Origin: Candidatus Latescibacterota bacterium
GTDB taxonomy: Bacteria > Latescibacterota > UBA2968 > UBA8231
Length of the DNA: 64,000 bases
Assembly (NCBI GenBank): GCA_965203355.1
Contig: OZ241889.1
Span: 3,712,001 to 3,776,000 of the forward strand
Direction: 5' to 3'
Positions 50,801-60,649 of this stretch are shown here, one piece after another (positions within the stretch are counted from its first letter, which is position 1; each line of letters begins with the position of its first letter). Below the pieces are notes generated by a model that searched no databases, was not told where the DNA came from, and worked only from the letters and a program-made list of their open reading frames with translations. The translations under genes and the position numbers were made by a program.

Positions 50801-51944
50801 CCGTTGCATGATGCGATGTTCCCCGCACACGCGGGGATGAGCCGCCCCTACATTTTTTCATCGTTTTGCTGCGCTCATGTTCCCCGCACACGCGGGGATG
50901 AGCCGGAACCGAAGGCATGAGCGAAACACTGGACCTAATGTTCCCCGCACACGCGGGGATGAGCCGCCTGCTCTAGCCCTTCCTCATGTGATAAAGGCAT
51001 GTTCCCCGCACACGCGGGGATGAGCCGCCTAGCCCCGTCGTTAGGCCTATCGTTGCCACCATGTTCCCCGCACACGCGGGGATGAGCCGGAGTTCCTGAT
51101 GTACGTACAACCCCAAATCGTATGTTCCCCGCACACGCGGGGATGAGCCGTCGGTGAGCTTGTCAAGCGAACCTTCCAAATAATGTTCCCCGCACACGCG
51201 GGGATGAGCCGGAAATCATCTGTTCGTTGAGTTGGGTCTCCGTATGTTCCCCGCACACGCGGGGATGAGCCGACAATGGATCGCCGATTTGAGGTCGGCG
51301 GGGCATGTTCCCCGCACACGCGGGGATGAGCCGGACGGCTTATCTCGCGCCGAATTCGCATTTTTGATGTTCCCCGCACACGCGGGGATGAGCCGCTGGT
51401 GGCTGGACCTGGAATCAAGACGCTCAAATGTTCCCCGCACACGCGGGGATGAGCCGGCGAGTACGCCGCGCAGCCAACTTAGCTTCAGATGTTCCCCGCA
51501 CACGCGGGGATGAGCCGTCAGTTTATCGCACTGAGACTTAGTAATACCAATGTTCCCCGCACACGCGGGGATGAGCCGCCGATGAAACTGCCGAAACATC
51601 TGGCTTAATCATGTTCCCCGCACACGCGGGGATGAGCCGCCAGCTTGGTATGCTCGACAAAGCCTATAACGATGTTCCCCGCACACGCGGGGATGAGCCG
51701 TGTGGGAAGTTGACGCGCATATCCATAACGCGATGTTCCCCGCACACGCGGGGATGAGCCGTGTTCTCGTGAGTTGCACAAGCGACAAGTCCTATGTTCC
51801 CCGCACACGCGGGGATGAGCCAGGGCTTGGATAATGGCCGACTCAGAGCCGGTCATGTTCCCCGCACACGCGGGGATGAGCCGCAAGACTGGTAAGTCGT
51901 TGTGCGACAACAACTATGTTCCCCGCACACGCGGGGATGAGCCG
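44886..51944 (+). CRISPR. type I-E CRISPR array, 116 repeats / 115 spacers
   Basis: Repeat ATGTTCCCCGCACACGCGGGGATGAGCC(G), 61-bp period; hand count: three 33-nt spacers, one 44-nt spacer, the rest 32 nt. Confidence 0.99.
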
Positions 51945-51960
51945 GTGAGTCAATGAATAG

Positions 51961-52101
51961 GCGAAGTCTTGGCTAGAACCACAGATTGAGTTGGCCCGTA
52001 ACTACAGGTTATCGCGCCCCCAACTCAGAGAAATAGAGCAGATTATCGAGGAGCACTACGATGAACTCAGAACAGCTTGGCAAGATCACTTCGGACGTTG
52101 A
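51961..52101 (+). pseudogene. 3' remnant of DUF4160-family gene
   Basis: AKSWLEPQIELARNYRLSRPQLREIEQIIEEHYDELRTAWQDHFGR*; preceded by in-frame TAG, 5' half absent; overlaps DUF2442 partner. Confidence 0.75.
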
Positions 52102-52339
52102 AGTAACCAACATATCAACGCATGGGATATGGCTTCTCGTCAATGAGCGGGAATTTTTCCTTTCTTATGAGGATTTCCCTTGGTTCAAAGAGGTTCCGAT
52201 TGGGAACATCCTCCAAGTTGATCAGCCGACGCCCGGACACTTCTATTGGCCGGATCTGGACGTAGATCTGGGGCTAGAATCCATTGAGCACCCGGAAAGA
52301 TTTCCATTGAAAGCCAAAGTATCGCAGAAGCGCGTATAA
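52061..52339 (+). CDS. DUF2442 domain protein (putative antitoxin)
   Basis: VEVTNIS.HGIWLL...EFFLSYEDFPWFK, YWPDLDVDL. Confidence 0.85.
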   Translation: MNSEQLGKITSDVEVTNISTHGIWLLVNEREFFLSYEDFPWFKEVPIGNILQVDQPTPGHFYWPDLDVDLGLESIEHPERFPLKAKVSQKRV

Positions 52340-52425
52340 AATCGCCACACGAACCAAGCCGTACAAACCGCTCAATCGAATCCACCCCAACCCAATCACA
52401 ACGCATTTTTCCGCCAGGAGACCCC

Positions 52426-53421
52426 ATGATCCGCATGGCCCAATACGGCACCAAGCACGGTCACGCCGCCGGTAAACTCAAGGCAATGCTCAGCAACCCC
52501 GAGGTCGAAGTCGTCGGCTTGTACGAACCCGACGCCACGCGCCTCCAGCAAGTTGCCGACGCCGAACCCTATCGACAGGTCCGCTTCTTGGCCCGCGAGC
52601 AAGACCTGCTCGGCGATAGCTCCATTGTCGCGGTCGCCTCCGAGGGGCGCAACGACGAGAGCTTGGACCAGACCGAGCGCATCGTCCAAGCCGGCAAGCA
52701 CGTGTGGTACGACAAGCCAGCCGGAGACGACTGGGCACAGTGGCAGCGAGTTGTCGCGCAGGCGCGGGCCGCCAACCTGCAAGTGCAAATGGGCTTTATG
52801 CTGCGCTATCACCCGGGCTTCAGCCAGATTGCCGAGTGGGCGCGGGCGGGGTTTTTGGGCAACGTCTATTCAGTGCGTGCCCACATGTCCACCAACATCC
52901 CGACAGCCGGGCGCGAAGTAATCGCCGCCGGGCATCACGGCGGCATCTTCTACGATTTGGCTGGGCACATGCTCGATCAAGTGGTGTGGATGCTGGGGCG
53001 GCCCAAAAAGGTGACGACCTTTCTCCGCAATGACACCGGCGTCGTGCCCGCGTTTCAGGACAACACACTCGGCGTTTTTGAATACGAACGGGCCATGGCT
53101 TGGGTCGATATTTCCGCCATGGAACCCCAGCCGATGGCGCGGCGCTTTGAAGTCTATGGCGACCGCGGCAGCGCGATCCTGCTCGAACCTTTTGAGCCGG
53201 GCCACGCCATCCGGCTCTGTCTGACCGAAGCCACCGCCGGCTATGCGCGGGGCGAACAGATGGTTCCTTTTGCCGGAATCTCGCGGCAGGGACTCTACGA
53301 ACTCGAATTGGCGTCTTTGCTAAGGGTGCTCAAAGGCGAACGCGAACCCGACCGCTCACTCGACCACGAACTCCTCGTGCAAGAGACCTTGCTCCGCGGG
53401 ACCGGGCTTATCGCGGATTGA
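52426..53421 (+). CDS. Gfo/Idh/MocA family oxidoreductase
   Basis: GKHVWYDKP, GFMLRYHP, GG..YDLAGHMLD. Confidence 0.88.
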   Translation: MIRMAQYGTKHGHAAGKLKAMLSNPEVEVVGLYEPDATRLQQVADAEPYRQVRFLAREQDLLGDSSIVAVASEGRNDESLDQTERIVQAGKHVWYDKPAGDDWAQWQRVVAQARAANLQVQMGFMLRYHPGFSQIAEWARAGFLGNVYSVRAHMSTNIPTAGREVIAAGHHGGIFYDLAGHMLDQVVWMLGRPKKVTTFLRNDTGVVPAFQDNTLGVFEYERAMAWVDISAMEPQPMARRFEVYGDRGSAILLEPFEPGHAIRLCLTEATAGYARGEQMVPFAGISRQGLYELELASLLRVLKGEREPDRSLDHELLVQETLLRGTGLIAD

Positions 53422-54403
53422 GCCATGCCTCGGCAATCACGCGCTTGATCGGCGGAATCGCCAACTGGAAATTGCGGCCGACCGGGCGCGGATGCGGAAA
53501 CCACTTCCACAGCAAGGCACCCACGACGCGCGGCTCGGCGGCCATGGCGTCAAGCGCGGCGCGCATACAAGCCGCTTGCACGGGGAGCGCGTCCTCGCCA
53601 TCCACCGGATACGCCCACGGCGCCAGCGGTGCTTGGTGCGACTGGTTGTAGCCCAGCTCGGTAAAGAGGATCGCGCGGTTGTGCAACGCGCCAAAGGCCC
53701 GCAACTCCCGCATGCGCTCTGCCCAGCCAGCGCGGATATCCTCGTCGTCGTAGGCTGGATCGTCGGTGAGGGGAAAATAGGCCTGAATGCCAATGACATC
53801 GAGCGCATCCCAGAAGGGCACCTCGCGGTAGTCAGTCCAATTAGCCGCATAGGTCAGGGGCGCGTCGGTGTGCTGGCGGACCGCGGCGATCAGCGCCCGC
53901 CATTCCTCCTCAAAGGTCAACGTGCGATCCAGCTCCGTGCCAACGACGAAGCCGTCGGCCTCCCAGCAGACAGTCGCCAACAGGGCGATCCACGCCCGAT
54001 AGTCCCGCCAAAATCGCTGCCAATCCTCGGCGCGGTCAAAGGCGATTTCGCCGCGCCAAGAAAAGGGCGAGCGCCAATAGGCGATGTGCGGCTTGATGCA
54101 GATGCGCAAGCCCAAGCGATGGGCCTCGCGGATGGGGCGCACGATATGGGCTGGCGGATCGGCTGGATCCATGGCCGGCCACTGGAGCGTCCCGTCGGCG
54201 CGGATGCTGGCGTAGGGATGAATCGCCACCCAGTTAGCCCCGACAGCGCGAATAGCTTCTAGCGTCGGCACGATAGCGTCATCGCCCCAGTCGCGGCCCA
54301 GGCCGTGCGTGGAGATGGTGATGCCGCGGACTTCGGCGTCATTGGCCAAGGCCAATCCAGCGAAGATGAAGGCCAAGACGAGGGCGTTGCGATAATGGAC
54401 CAT
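53408..54403 (-). CDS. secreted glycoside hydrolase family 113-like TIM barrel
   Basis: Start re-called at MVHYRNAL (signal peptide); KPH, GTEL, TYAANW, IGIQAYFPL, FTELGY. Confidence 0.8.
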   Translation of the reverse strand: MVHYRNALVLAFIFAGLALANDAEVRGITISTHGLGRDWGDDAIVPTLEAIRAVGANWVAIHPYASIRADGTLQWPAMDPADPPAHIVRPIREAHRLGLRICIKPHIAYWRSPFSWRGEIAFDRAEDWQRFWRDYRAWIALLATVCWEADGFVVGTELDRTLTFEEEWRALIAAVRQHTDAPLTYAANWTDYREVPFWDALDVIGIQAYFPLTDDPAYDDEDIRAGWAERMRELRAFGALHNRAILFTELGYNQSHQAPLAPWAYPVDGEDALPVQAACMRAALDAMAAEPRVVGALLWKWFPHPRPVGRNFQLAIPPIKRVIAEAWLNPR

Positions 54404-54444
54404 ACATATTGAATATAGAGAGCCACTATACTGGAGACAGCACC

Positions 54445-54675
54445 ATGCGTCCGAACATACTTTGGATTTGCACCGACCAGCGGCGCTACAAACTGGTCTG
54501 CTATCACGACCGCGCCCAAGGCGAGCTGTTCGACTTGGCGGAAGATCCCGGCGAGTTCGACAACCGCTGGGACGATCCCACTTGTGCAGACGTGCGCTTC
54601 GCGCTGCTGGAACAGAGCTTCGACGCACTGGCCCAAGCCGTGGATATTGGCCCCAAGCAGATCGTGCCGTTTTAG
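54445..54675 (+). pseudogene. internally deleted sulfatase gene
   Basis: Sulfatase N-terminus MRPNILWICTDQ fused directly to C-terminus RYKLV.YH...GELFDLAEDPGEF.N; catalytic core missing. Confidence 0.8.
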
Positions 54676-54686
54676 CGGGATGCCCG

Positions 54687-55580
54687 ATGGCCGTTGCCGA
54701 CCAGAAAAAGGCTTATCTCTGCGGATTGGCCGCGGTGTTGCTGTGGTCGACCGCGGCGTCGGCGTTCAAGATCGCCCTGCGCTATATGGACTACGGCGAG
54801 CTGCTGTTCTGGGCGAGCGGCACTTCGCTCGGAGCCTTGGGCGTACTGGTCGTCGCACAGGGAAAAGTAGGGCAGGTCCTCAGGAGCCGACCGGCTGACT
54901 ACGCCCGCTCGCTGATGCTGGGCGCGTTGAACCCCCTGCTCTACTATCTGATCCTATTCAAAGCCTACCAGTTGCTGCCCGCCCAAGAGGCGCAGGCACT
55001 CAATTATACTTGGGCGCTCACCCTGACTTGGCTCTCGATCCCGCTCTTGGGACAGCGAATCGGCCCGCGCGATCTGACGGCCGGCCTGATCTGTTACGCT
55101 GGCGTACTAGCTATCGCCACGCGCGGCGCAATCTGGACCTTGCGCTTTTCCGATCCGCTCGGGGTGGCCTTGGCACTGGGCAGCACCGTAGTGTGGGCCT
55201 TCTACTGGATCTACAACACCCGCGACCAGCGCGACCCCGTGGTGCGGCTCTTCCTCAATTTCGCTCTGTCGCTGCCGCTGGTGTTGGGCTGTGTCCTGCT
55301 GATGGGACCGTGGCAGGTACCGGCTTGGCCGGGTTTGTTGGGGGCGGCGTACATCGGCCTCTTCGAGATGGGGATTGCCTTCGTCCTCTGGCAGTGGGCC
55401 TTGCGCTACGCGGAAAATACCGCCAAAATCGGCAACCTGATCTTCATTTCCCCGTTTTGTTCCTTGGTGCTGATTCACTTCGCGTTAGGAGAGGCCATTC
55501 GCTGGGCAACTCTAGCGGGACTGGTGCTCATCGTCGCCGGTCTGCTCTACCAGCAAAGGGGGACGAGGGCTCGCACCTGA
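54687..55580 (+). CDS. DMT/EamA family transporter
   Basis: Start re-called at MAVADQKK; about ten TM helices, LLWST, LNYTW, LGEAI. Confidence 0.88.
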   Translation: MAVADQKKAYLCGLAAVLLWSTAASAFKIALRYMDYGELLFWASGTSLGALGVLVVAQGKVGQVLRSRPADYARSLMLGALNPLLYYLILFKAYQLLPAQEAQALNYTWALTLTWLSIPLLGQRIGPRDLTAGLICYAGVLAIATRGAIWTLRFSDPLGVALALGSTVVWAFYWIYNTRDQRDPVVRLFLNFALSLPLVLGCVLLMGPWQVPAWPGLLGAAYIGLFEMGIAFVLWQWALRYAENTAKIGNLIFISPFCSLVLIHFALGEAIRWATLAGLVLIVAGLLYQQRGTRART

Positions 55581-55649
55581 TAGCACCGGCACAATACATT
55601 GATTGGTTCTAATTTGTCATTCTATCGCCTATTCGACATCTTTCATCTT

Positions 55650-55880
55650 ATGAGATATAGCCGCATTACAGTAAATCCAGTTCAAATGGGAGGCACTCCC
55701 TGCATTAGAGGAATGCGTATCCCGGTGGCAACCATTGTGGGGATGGTCGCCGAAGACATGAGCCAGCAGGAGATCCTCCAAGCCTATCCCGACCTTGAAC
55801 CGGAAGATATTCGCGAAGCACTGCACTATGCGGCGGAAGTACTACGCGAGAAGGTACTGCCTTTGACAGGCACAGGATGA
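55650..55880 (+). CDS. DUF433 antitoxin
   Basis: [35 protein letters not shown]. Confidence 0.9.
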   Translation: MRYSRITVNPVQMGGTPCIRGMRIPVATIVGMVAEDMSQQEILQAYPDLEPEDIREALHYAAEVLREKVLPLTGTG

Positions 55881-56257
55881 AATTCCTAGTAGATAACGCC
55901 CTGTCCTTTAGACTGGCAGAGGGGCTGCGGCGGGCCGGCTATCAGGCCGAACATGTGCGCGACCGGGGCCTAAAGGACGCCGCCGATACCGCTATCTTCG
56001 ATTGTGCGGTGCAGGAGGGGCAAGTCGTGATCTCGGCTGATACGGACTTTGGTACTCTGTTAGCTATGCACCGTACAGCCCAACCTTCTGTCATCTTATT
56101 TCGCCGAAATACGACCCGCCGACCAGAACAGCAGCTTCTGCTTCTACTCAACAATATCGATCGCTTTAAGGAAGCACTTGTACAGGGCAGTATTGTAATT
56201 CTGGAGGAAGACCGAATACGCGTTCGGTCTTTGCCTATCGCTCGGGACGAAAAATAA
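55877..56257 (+). CDS. DUF5615 PIN-like toxin
   Basis: [21 protein letters not shown]; ATGA overlap with DUF433. Confidence 0.9.
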   Translation: MKFLVDNALSFRLAEGLRRAGYQAEHVRDRGLKDAADTAIFDCAVQEGQVVISADTDFGTLLAMHRTAQPSVILFRRNTTRRPEQQLLLLLNNIDRFKEALVQGSIVILEEDRIRVRSLPIARDEK

Positions 56258-56285
56258 AACCCTCACTCCACCGACCCACACTCCC

Positions 56286-57419
56286 CTACCAATTCGCATA
56301 GGACCCATCATCGCGCCGATAGCCGGTGGGCGGTCCGTAATCTTGCGTTGACGCGGTATCGAGTGCGGCCTCGTTGAATTCAATGCCAAGCCCCGGGCCT
56401 TCGGGCGGCAAGAGATAACCCGATTCAAACGGCACCTGCACCGGAAACGCATCGGTGAGTGAAGACATCGGCGCGCGTGGCAGTTCTTGGACGCCGACCA
56501 GTGAAGACGCTAAACACAGATGCAGACAGGCGGCCGTGGAGACCGGACCGAGCGGGTTGTGCGGGGCCAGCTGGATGTAATGCGTTTCGCACCACCCGGC
56601 AATTTTGCGCGCCTCGGTCAACCCACCGGCAATGCACAAGTCAACGCGGCAGTAATCCATCAGATCCTCTTCAATGACTTCTCTGAACGTCCACTTGCTG
56701 TCAAATTGTTCGCCGACGGCAAGCGGGACCGAGGTCTGTTGGCGCAGCCGCCGGAGACTGGCGGGGTTTTCACTGCGCAGTGGATCTTCGATGAAAAACG
56801 GATGGTACGGAGCAACCCGGTTGCAAAAATCGAGGCTATCGGCCGGGTCGAGCCGGGTATGCACGTCAACTAATATGGCGACCTGATCGCCCAAGGCATT
56901 GCGCACGGCCTCCACCTGCTCAACGCCGTGCTGAATAGCGCGTCTGGGTTCAAACGTTCCCTTGTCTGTACCATCAGCCAAGCCCCAGCGGACGAACTTC
57001 CAGCCGGCCTCATAGGTTTGGCGACAACTCTCAACGAGCGCATCCATAGTGCCACCACCGTTGTGTGGATAGCAGACGACCTTGTCTCGGGTGCGTCCCC
57101 CCAAAAGTTCGTACACCGGCACATTGAGCGCTTTCCCTTTGATGTCCCAAAGTGCGATATCTACGGCACTCACCGCAGCGGATTGGACGACCCCGCCGGG
57201 AAAAAAACCGCCGCGAAACATCACTTGCCACAGGTGCTCAATTTGGAACGGATCGGCCCCGATGAGGAACGGTTCAAAAGAGCGGATGACTTCGGCTAAG
57301 GCGAGCGCACGCCGTCTCAAGCCCCCTTCACCGAGGCCATAAATGCCCGCATCGGTTTCTACTTTTACAAAAAAATAGCCGCTCGACCCAACAAAGGATT
57401 TGATCCGGGTGATTTTCAT
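56286..57419 (-). CDS. enolase-superfamily (MR/MLE) sugar-acid dehydratase
   Basis: Start MKITRIKS after GGAGG; DIALWDIKGK, DVH, FIEDP, GE, PHN, PGLG. Confidence 0.88.
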   Translation of the reverse strand: MKITRIKSFVGSSGYFFVKVETDAGIYGLGEGGLRRRALALAEVIRSFEPFLIGADPFQIEHLWQVMFRGGFFPGGVVQSAAVSAVDIALWDIKGKALNVPVYELLGGRTRDKVVCYPHNGGGTMDALVESCRQTYEAGWKFVRWGLADGTDKGTFEPRRAIQHGVEQVEAVRNALGDQVAILVDVHTRLDPADSLDFCNRVAPYHPFFIEDPLRSENPASLRRLRQQTSVPLAVGEQFDSKWTFREVIEEDLMDYCRVDLCIAGGLTEARKIAGWCETHYIQLAPHNPLGPVSTAACLHLCLASSLVGVQELPRAPMSSLTDAFPVQVPFESGYLLPPEGPGLGIEFNEAALDTASTQDYGPPTGYRRDDGSYANW

Positions 57420-57704
57420 ACATGCCTCCATTTATCTTGCGTCCGTTCACGTCACCGGCCCGCACCTCGGGACGAATCTAACCAAACAGCGTCCCCGCAA
57501 CAGGGCGCGTTTTGCCCGCTGTCCGCCGCTTGGTATGTTATCACTCACGCGATCATTATAGATATAGACGCGGAGGAGAGCATTTTGATCATTCGCCATG
57601 GGCGCAACAAGGCGCCCGTCGTCCCGCATGAACCGCTCGAGCATCCGCTTTCCAACGCTGGAGGCGCTTGGGGCGAGCACTCGATCATCAGCGCTGGCTA
57701 GGCC

Positions 57705-58640
57705 TTGCCGACAATTCCCCTGATCATGGACGTCGATACGGGCGTTGACGATGCCCTCGCCTTGCTTTTGGCCTTGGCCTCGCCCGAGGTCGAATTGGTG
57801 GGCGTCTCTACCGTAGCCGGCAATGTGTCGTTGTCGCGGACGACCGACAACACACTGCGCCTGTTGCAATGGGCGGGGCGCGCCGACGTGCCGGTGTACG
57901 CCGGTGCAGAGCGGCCTTTGGTCCGAGACGCGGTCGCGGCCGCCCATGTACACGGCACCACCGGGCTGGGCGCGGCCCAGTTGCCGGCGGCGCGCACCCG
58001 GCCAGCCGGCCCTGGGGTGGAGTTTCTGCTGAACACTTTGCAGACGCGGCCCGGCGAGCTGCTCCTCGTCGCTACCGGACCGTTGACCAACTTGGCGCGG
58101 GCCGAGGCCGAGGTGCCGGGCGTCCTGCGACAGGCGCGGCAAGTGGTGATCATGGGCGGGGCCGGGCAAGGGCCGGGCAATATCGCGCCAACGGCTGAGT
58201 TCAATTTCTACGCCGACCCGCATGCCGCGCGCCAAGTCCTCGCAGCCGCCGCCGAACCGGTGTTGGTGGGACTAGACGCAACCGAGCAAGTCTGGCTAAC
58301 ACCGGCCGCCTTGCAAGCCTACACCGGGGCGCACGCGGCGTTTTGCCAAGCAGCGTGTGAGCCAGTAATCGCCTTTGAGGCCGCGCACGGCGGCGCGGCT
58401 GGAATGCACCTGCACGATCCAGTGGCCTTGGGCGCGGCCCTGTGGCCGCAACTCTTTCGCACACAGCGATTGTGGGTGGACGTGGAAACTTCCGGCGAGC
58501 TAACCGCCGGTCAGTTGGTAGTTGACCAGCGCACCTTGGCAAGCGACCAAGACCGGCAAGGGCGGCCCGTAACTTGTGCCGTAGAAGTGGATCAGGCGCG
58601 ATTCCTAGCGCGATTCACCGAGCGGGTGTTGGCTTCTTAG
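57705..58640 (+). CDS. nucleoside hydrolase (IunH family)
   Basis: DVDTGVDD, GPLTN, MGG, AEFNFYADP, LHDP. Confidence 0.92.
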   Translation: MPTIPLIMDVDTGVDDALALLLALASPEVELVGVSTVAGNVSLSRTTDNTLRLLQWAGRADVPVYAGAERPLVRDAVAAAHVHGTTGLGAAQLPAARTRPAGPGVEFLLNTLQTRPGELLLVATGPLTNLARAEAEVPGVLRQARQVVIMGGAGQGPGNIAPTAEFNFYADPHAARQVLAAAAEPVLVGLDATEQVWLTPAALQAYTGAHAAFCQAACEPVIAFEAAHGGAAGMHLHDPVALGAALWPQLFRTQRLWVDVETSGELTAGQLVVDQRTLASDQDRQGRPVTCAVEVDQARFLARFTERVLAS

Positions 58641-59788
58641 ACTCCGTCTTGGCGGCCCCAAAAAAGCGGCAGCGGACACCACTGTTCGAGCGGGGCCGCG
58701 GCCGCTGGCAGGGGCCACACGAGCGAGGGCCGCAGCGGGCCGCAGAGCAGGCGCATGGCCGTGAGCGCGTCCAGTTGCAGCGCGGGCGCGGCCTCCGTGC
58801 GAACGCACTGCGCGTCGTTGCCGCCCCCCTCCATCGCAACCCGCCCGTATCCCGCAATCTCCACGACGACGGCACCCTCCGTCAGCGGCACCAGCGCGGC
58901 GCGCGTCTTGAGCAAAGCGTCGAGCGTCGTCGCCCAATCGAAGATCTGCCAGTTGCCCGAACCCGATGCGCTCACGCCTTCGCAGAGCCGAGCCAGCTTG
59001 GGCAAAAGCCGGCTCCAAGGCGGCAACTCAAAACTGGTATTCCCGTAGCGCTGCACCCAAGCAGCGGCCATGTCCAGCTCGGGCGCGCCCTCATTGACCG
59101 CTAACAATTCGGTCGCGCACGTCCGGTCGGCTTGGGCGACGAGGTAGCCAATCATGCGGCCATCGCGCGCCCGCGCCACGTAGGGCCGGTGGCCCCAACT
59201 CAGGAGCAGGTCGTAGAAGCGGTGTGGAGCGCGCACCCCGCGAAATGGCTGGGCGTCGTGCAAGCCAATCGCGCCTTGCAGGTGAGCGCGATCTTCGCGC
59301 ACGAGCGGGCGAAAGTCGATCCCGAAATCGGCGCCCCCCAAGGCGTGGCGCACATTGGTTTGGCTCAGCGCGAGCCGGTAGGACACGCCGCACTTCTCGT
59401 AGCCAAAATAGCCGTAGCGCTGGCGCTGCCCCCCCAGCCAAGACAGGTGAAAACCTTCAGTAGAAGCGACTTGGACGCAATGGGCCATGAGTTGCTGCAT
59501 GTAGCCGCGGCCGCGGGCCTGCGGATGGCAGGACACGCCGCCAATGCCAGCCACGCGCAGCGTCGCACCGCCCCAGCGGCAAGCGAGGGGGAACAACCCG
59601 ACGATGGCGCGGATGCGACCGCTTTCGCGCAGGGCAAAGTTCCAACTCATCTCCTCTTCCCCGCGCCGGTACAAGACCGGCAAAATGGCCGCAAAATCGC
59701 GCGGCGGTGCTTTGCCAAAGGCGAGGTTGAGGACGTCGAGGGCCTCTTCAAAATCCGCGGCGCGTAGCCGACTGATGGCAGGCGACAC
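58637..59788 (-). CDS. Eis-like GNAT acetyltransferase
   Basis: GTG start inferred just after msrA; GIGGVSCHPQARGRGYM, Y.YFGYE; SCP2-like C-terminus. Confidence 0.8.
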   Translation of the reverse strand: MSPAISRLRAADFEEALDVLNLAFGKAPPRDFAAILPVLYRRGEEEMSWNFALRESGRIRAIVGLFPLACRWGGATLRVAGIGGVSCHPQARGRGYMQQLMAHCVQVASTEGFHLSWLGGQRQRYGYFGYEKCGVSYRLALSQTNVRHALGGADFGIDFRPLVREDRAHLQGAIGLHDAQPFRGVRAPHRFYDLLLSWGHRPYVARARDGRMIGYLVAQADRTCATELLAVNEGAPELDMAAAWVQRYGNTSFELPPWSRLLPKLARLCEGVSASGSGNWQIFDWATTLDALLKTRAALVPLTEGAVVVEIAGYGRVAMEGGGNDAQCVRTEAAPALQLDALTAMRLLCGPLRPSLVWPLPAAAAPLEQWCPLPLFWGRQDGV

Positions 59789-59793
59789 GACGC

Positions 59794-60336
59794 TTAGGCC
59801 ATCGGCTGGAGGCGCGCGGCAAACTGCCGGCGCAACGCCTGCATCTTGGGATCGATAACGAGCGCACAGTAGGGCTGGTTGGGATTGAGCCGATAGAAGT
59901 TCTGGTGGTACTCCTCGGCCGGCCAAAAGGCGCTGGCGGCCGCGATTTCGGTGACAATCGGATCGGCCCACAGGTCGCTCGCGTCCGCGACCGCTTTGGC
60001 GGCGACAGCGGCCGCTTGCTGCTCGGGGCTGTGGTAGAAAATCACCGAGCGGTACTGGGTGCCGCAGTCCGCGCCCTGGCGGTTGAGCGTGGTGGGATCG
60101 TGCGTACGCCAAAAGATGTAGAGCACATCGTCAAAGCTAATGACCGCCGGGTCGAATTGCAGTTGGACGACCTCGGCGTGCCCAGTCTGGCCGCTGCAAA
60201 CGGCCTCGTACGTGGGATGCTCCAACGCGCCCCCCATATAGCCGGAGACCGCGCTGGCAACGCCCCGCAGGTTTTGGTACACGGCTTCGACGCACCAGAA
60301 GCAACCCGCGCCCAAAGTGGCCGTTTCCAAGCTCAT
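59794..60336 (-). CDS. msrA: peptide methionine sulfoxide reductase MsrA
   Basis: GCFWC, GHAEVV, HDPT, QG.D.GTQYRS, AEEYHQ. Confidence 0.95.
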   Translation of the reverse strand: MSLETATLGAGCFWCVEAVYQNLRGVASAVSGYMGGALEHPTYEAVCSGQTGHAEVVQLQFDPAVISFDDVLYIFWRTHDPTTLNRQGADCGTQYRSVIFYHSPEQQAAAVAAKAVADASDLWADPIVTEIAAASAFWPAEEYHQNFYRLNPNQPYCALVIDPKMQALRRQFAARLQPMA

Positions 60337-60533
60337 TTTGCGTCCTCCAGCCACTCCTTGTATTGGGGCCACGTGCCGCCCTGCGGGAGCGCTTCGAGGG
60401 CGTGGTGGACCCGTTTGTGGGCCCGGTGATCGTCCTCTAGAAGGCGCGCGAGGCCGCGACCGTGGGCCCGGTGAACAAACCAGAAAACCAGCGCGAAGAA
60501 AATCAGGTACAGCCCTTTGCCAAAGTATTCCAT
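60333..60533 (-). CDS. small membrane protein (66 aa), unknown function
   Basis: GGAGGA RBS, N-terminal TM, stop overlaps msrA ATG (ATGA). Confidence 0.6.
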   Translation of the reverse strand: MEYFGKGLYLIFFALVFWFVHRAHGRGLARLLEDDHRAHKRVHHALEALPQGGTWPQYKEWLEDAK

Positions 60534-60649
60534 AGCATCCTCCAAACGGAATGTAAAGTAAGGTAGGCACCGCAGCGCCCCCCGGCAACGCGCCCTGCTT
60601 GACCGATGCAGACAGGCGCTTACATTGAACCCCAACAAGGAGGTAACGC

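Noticed and set aside
44880-51913. Many minus-strand ORFs with AHPRVCGEH/GSSPRVRGT/RLIPACAGN motifs
   Set aside because: Translations of the CRISPR repeat, not genes
44886-51944. Self-targeting or duplicated spacers
   Set aside because: None seen by eye, nor an in-window source for the 62599-62630 insert; this was not an exhaustive alignment
53408-54628. Long N-terminal extensions in the ORF track (also mreD, DapA-like, phosphohexomutase, DUF62, GNAT, msrA, ankyrin)
   Set aside because: They overlap neighbouring genes; starts were re-called at RBS- or motif-supported codons
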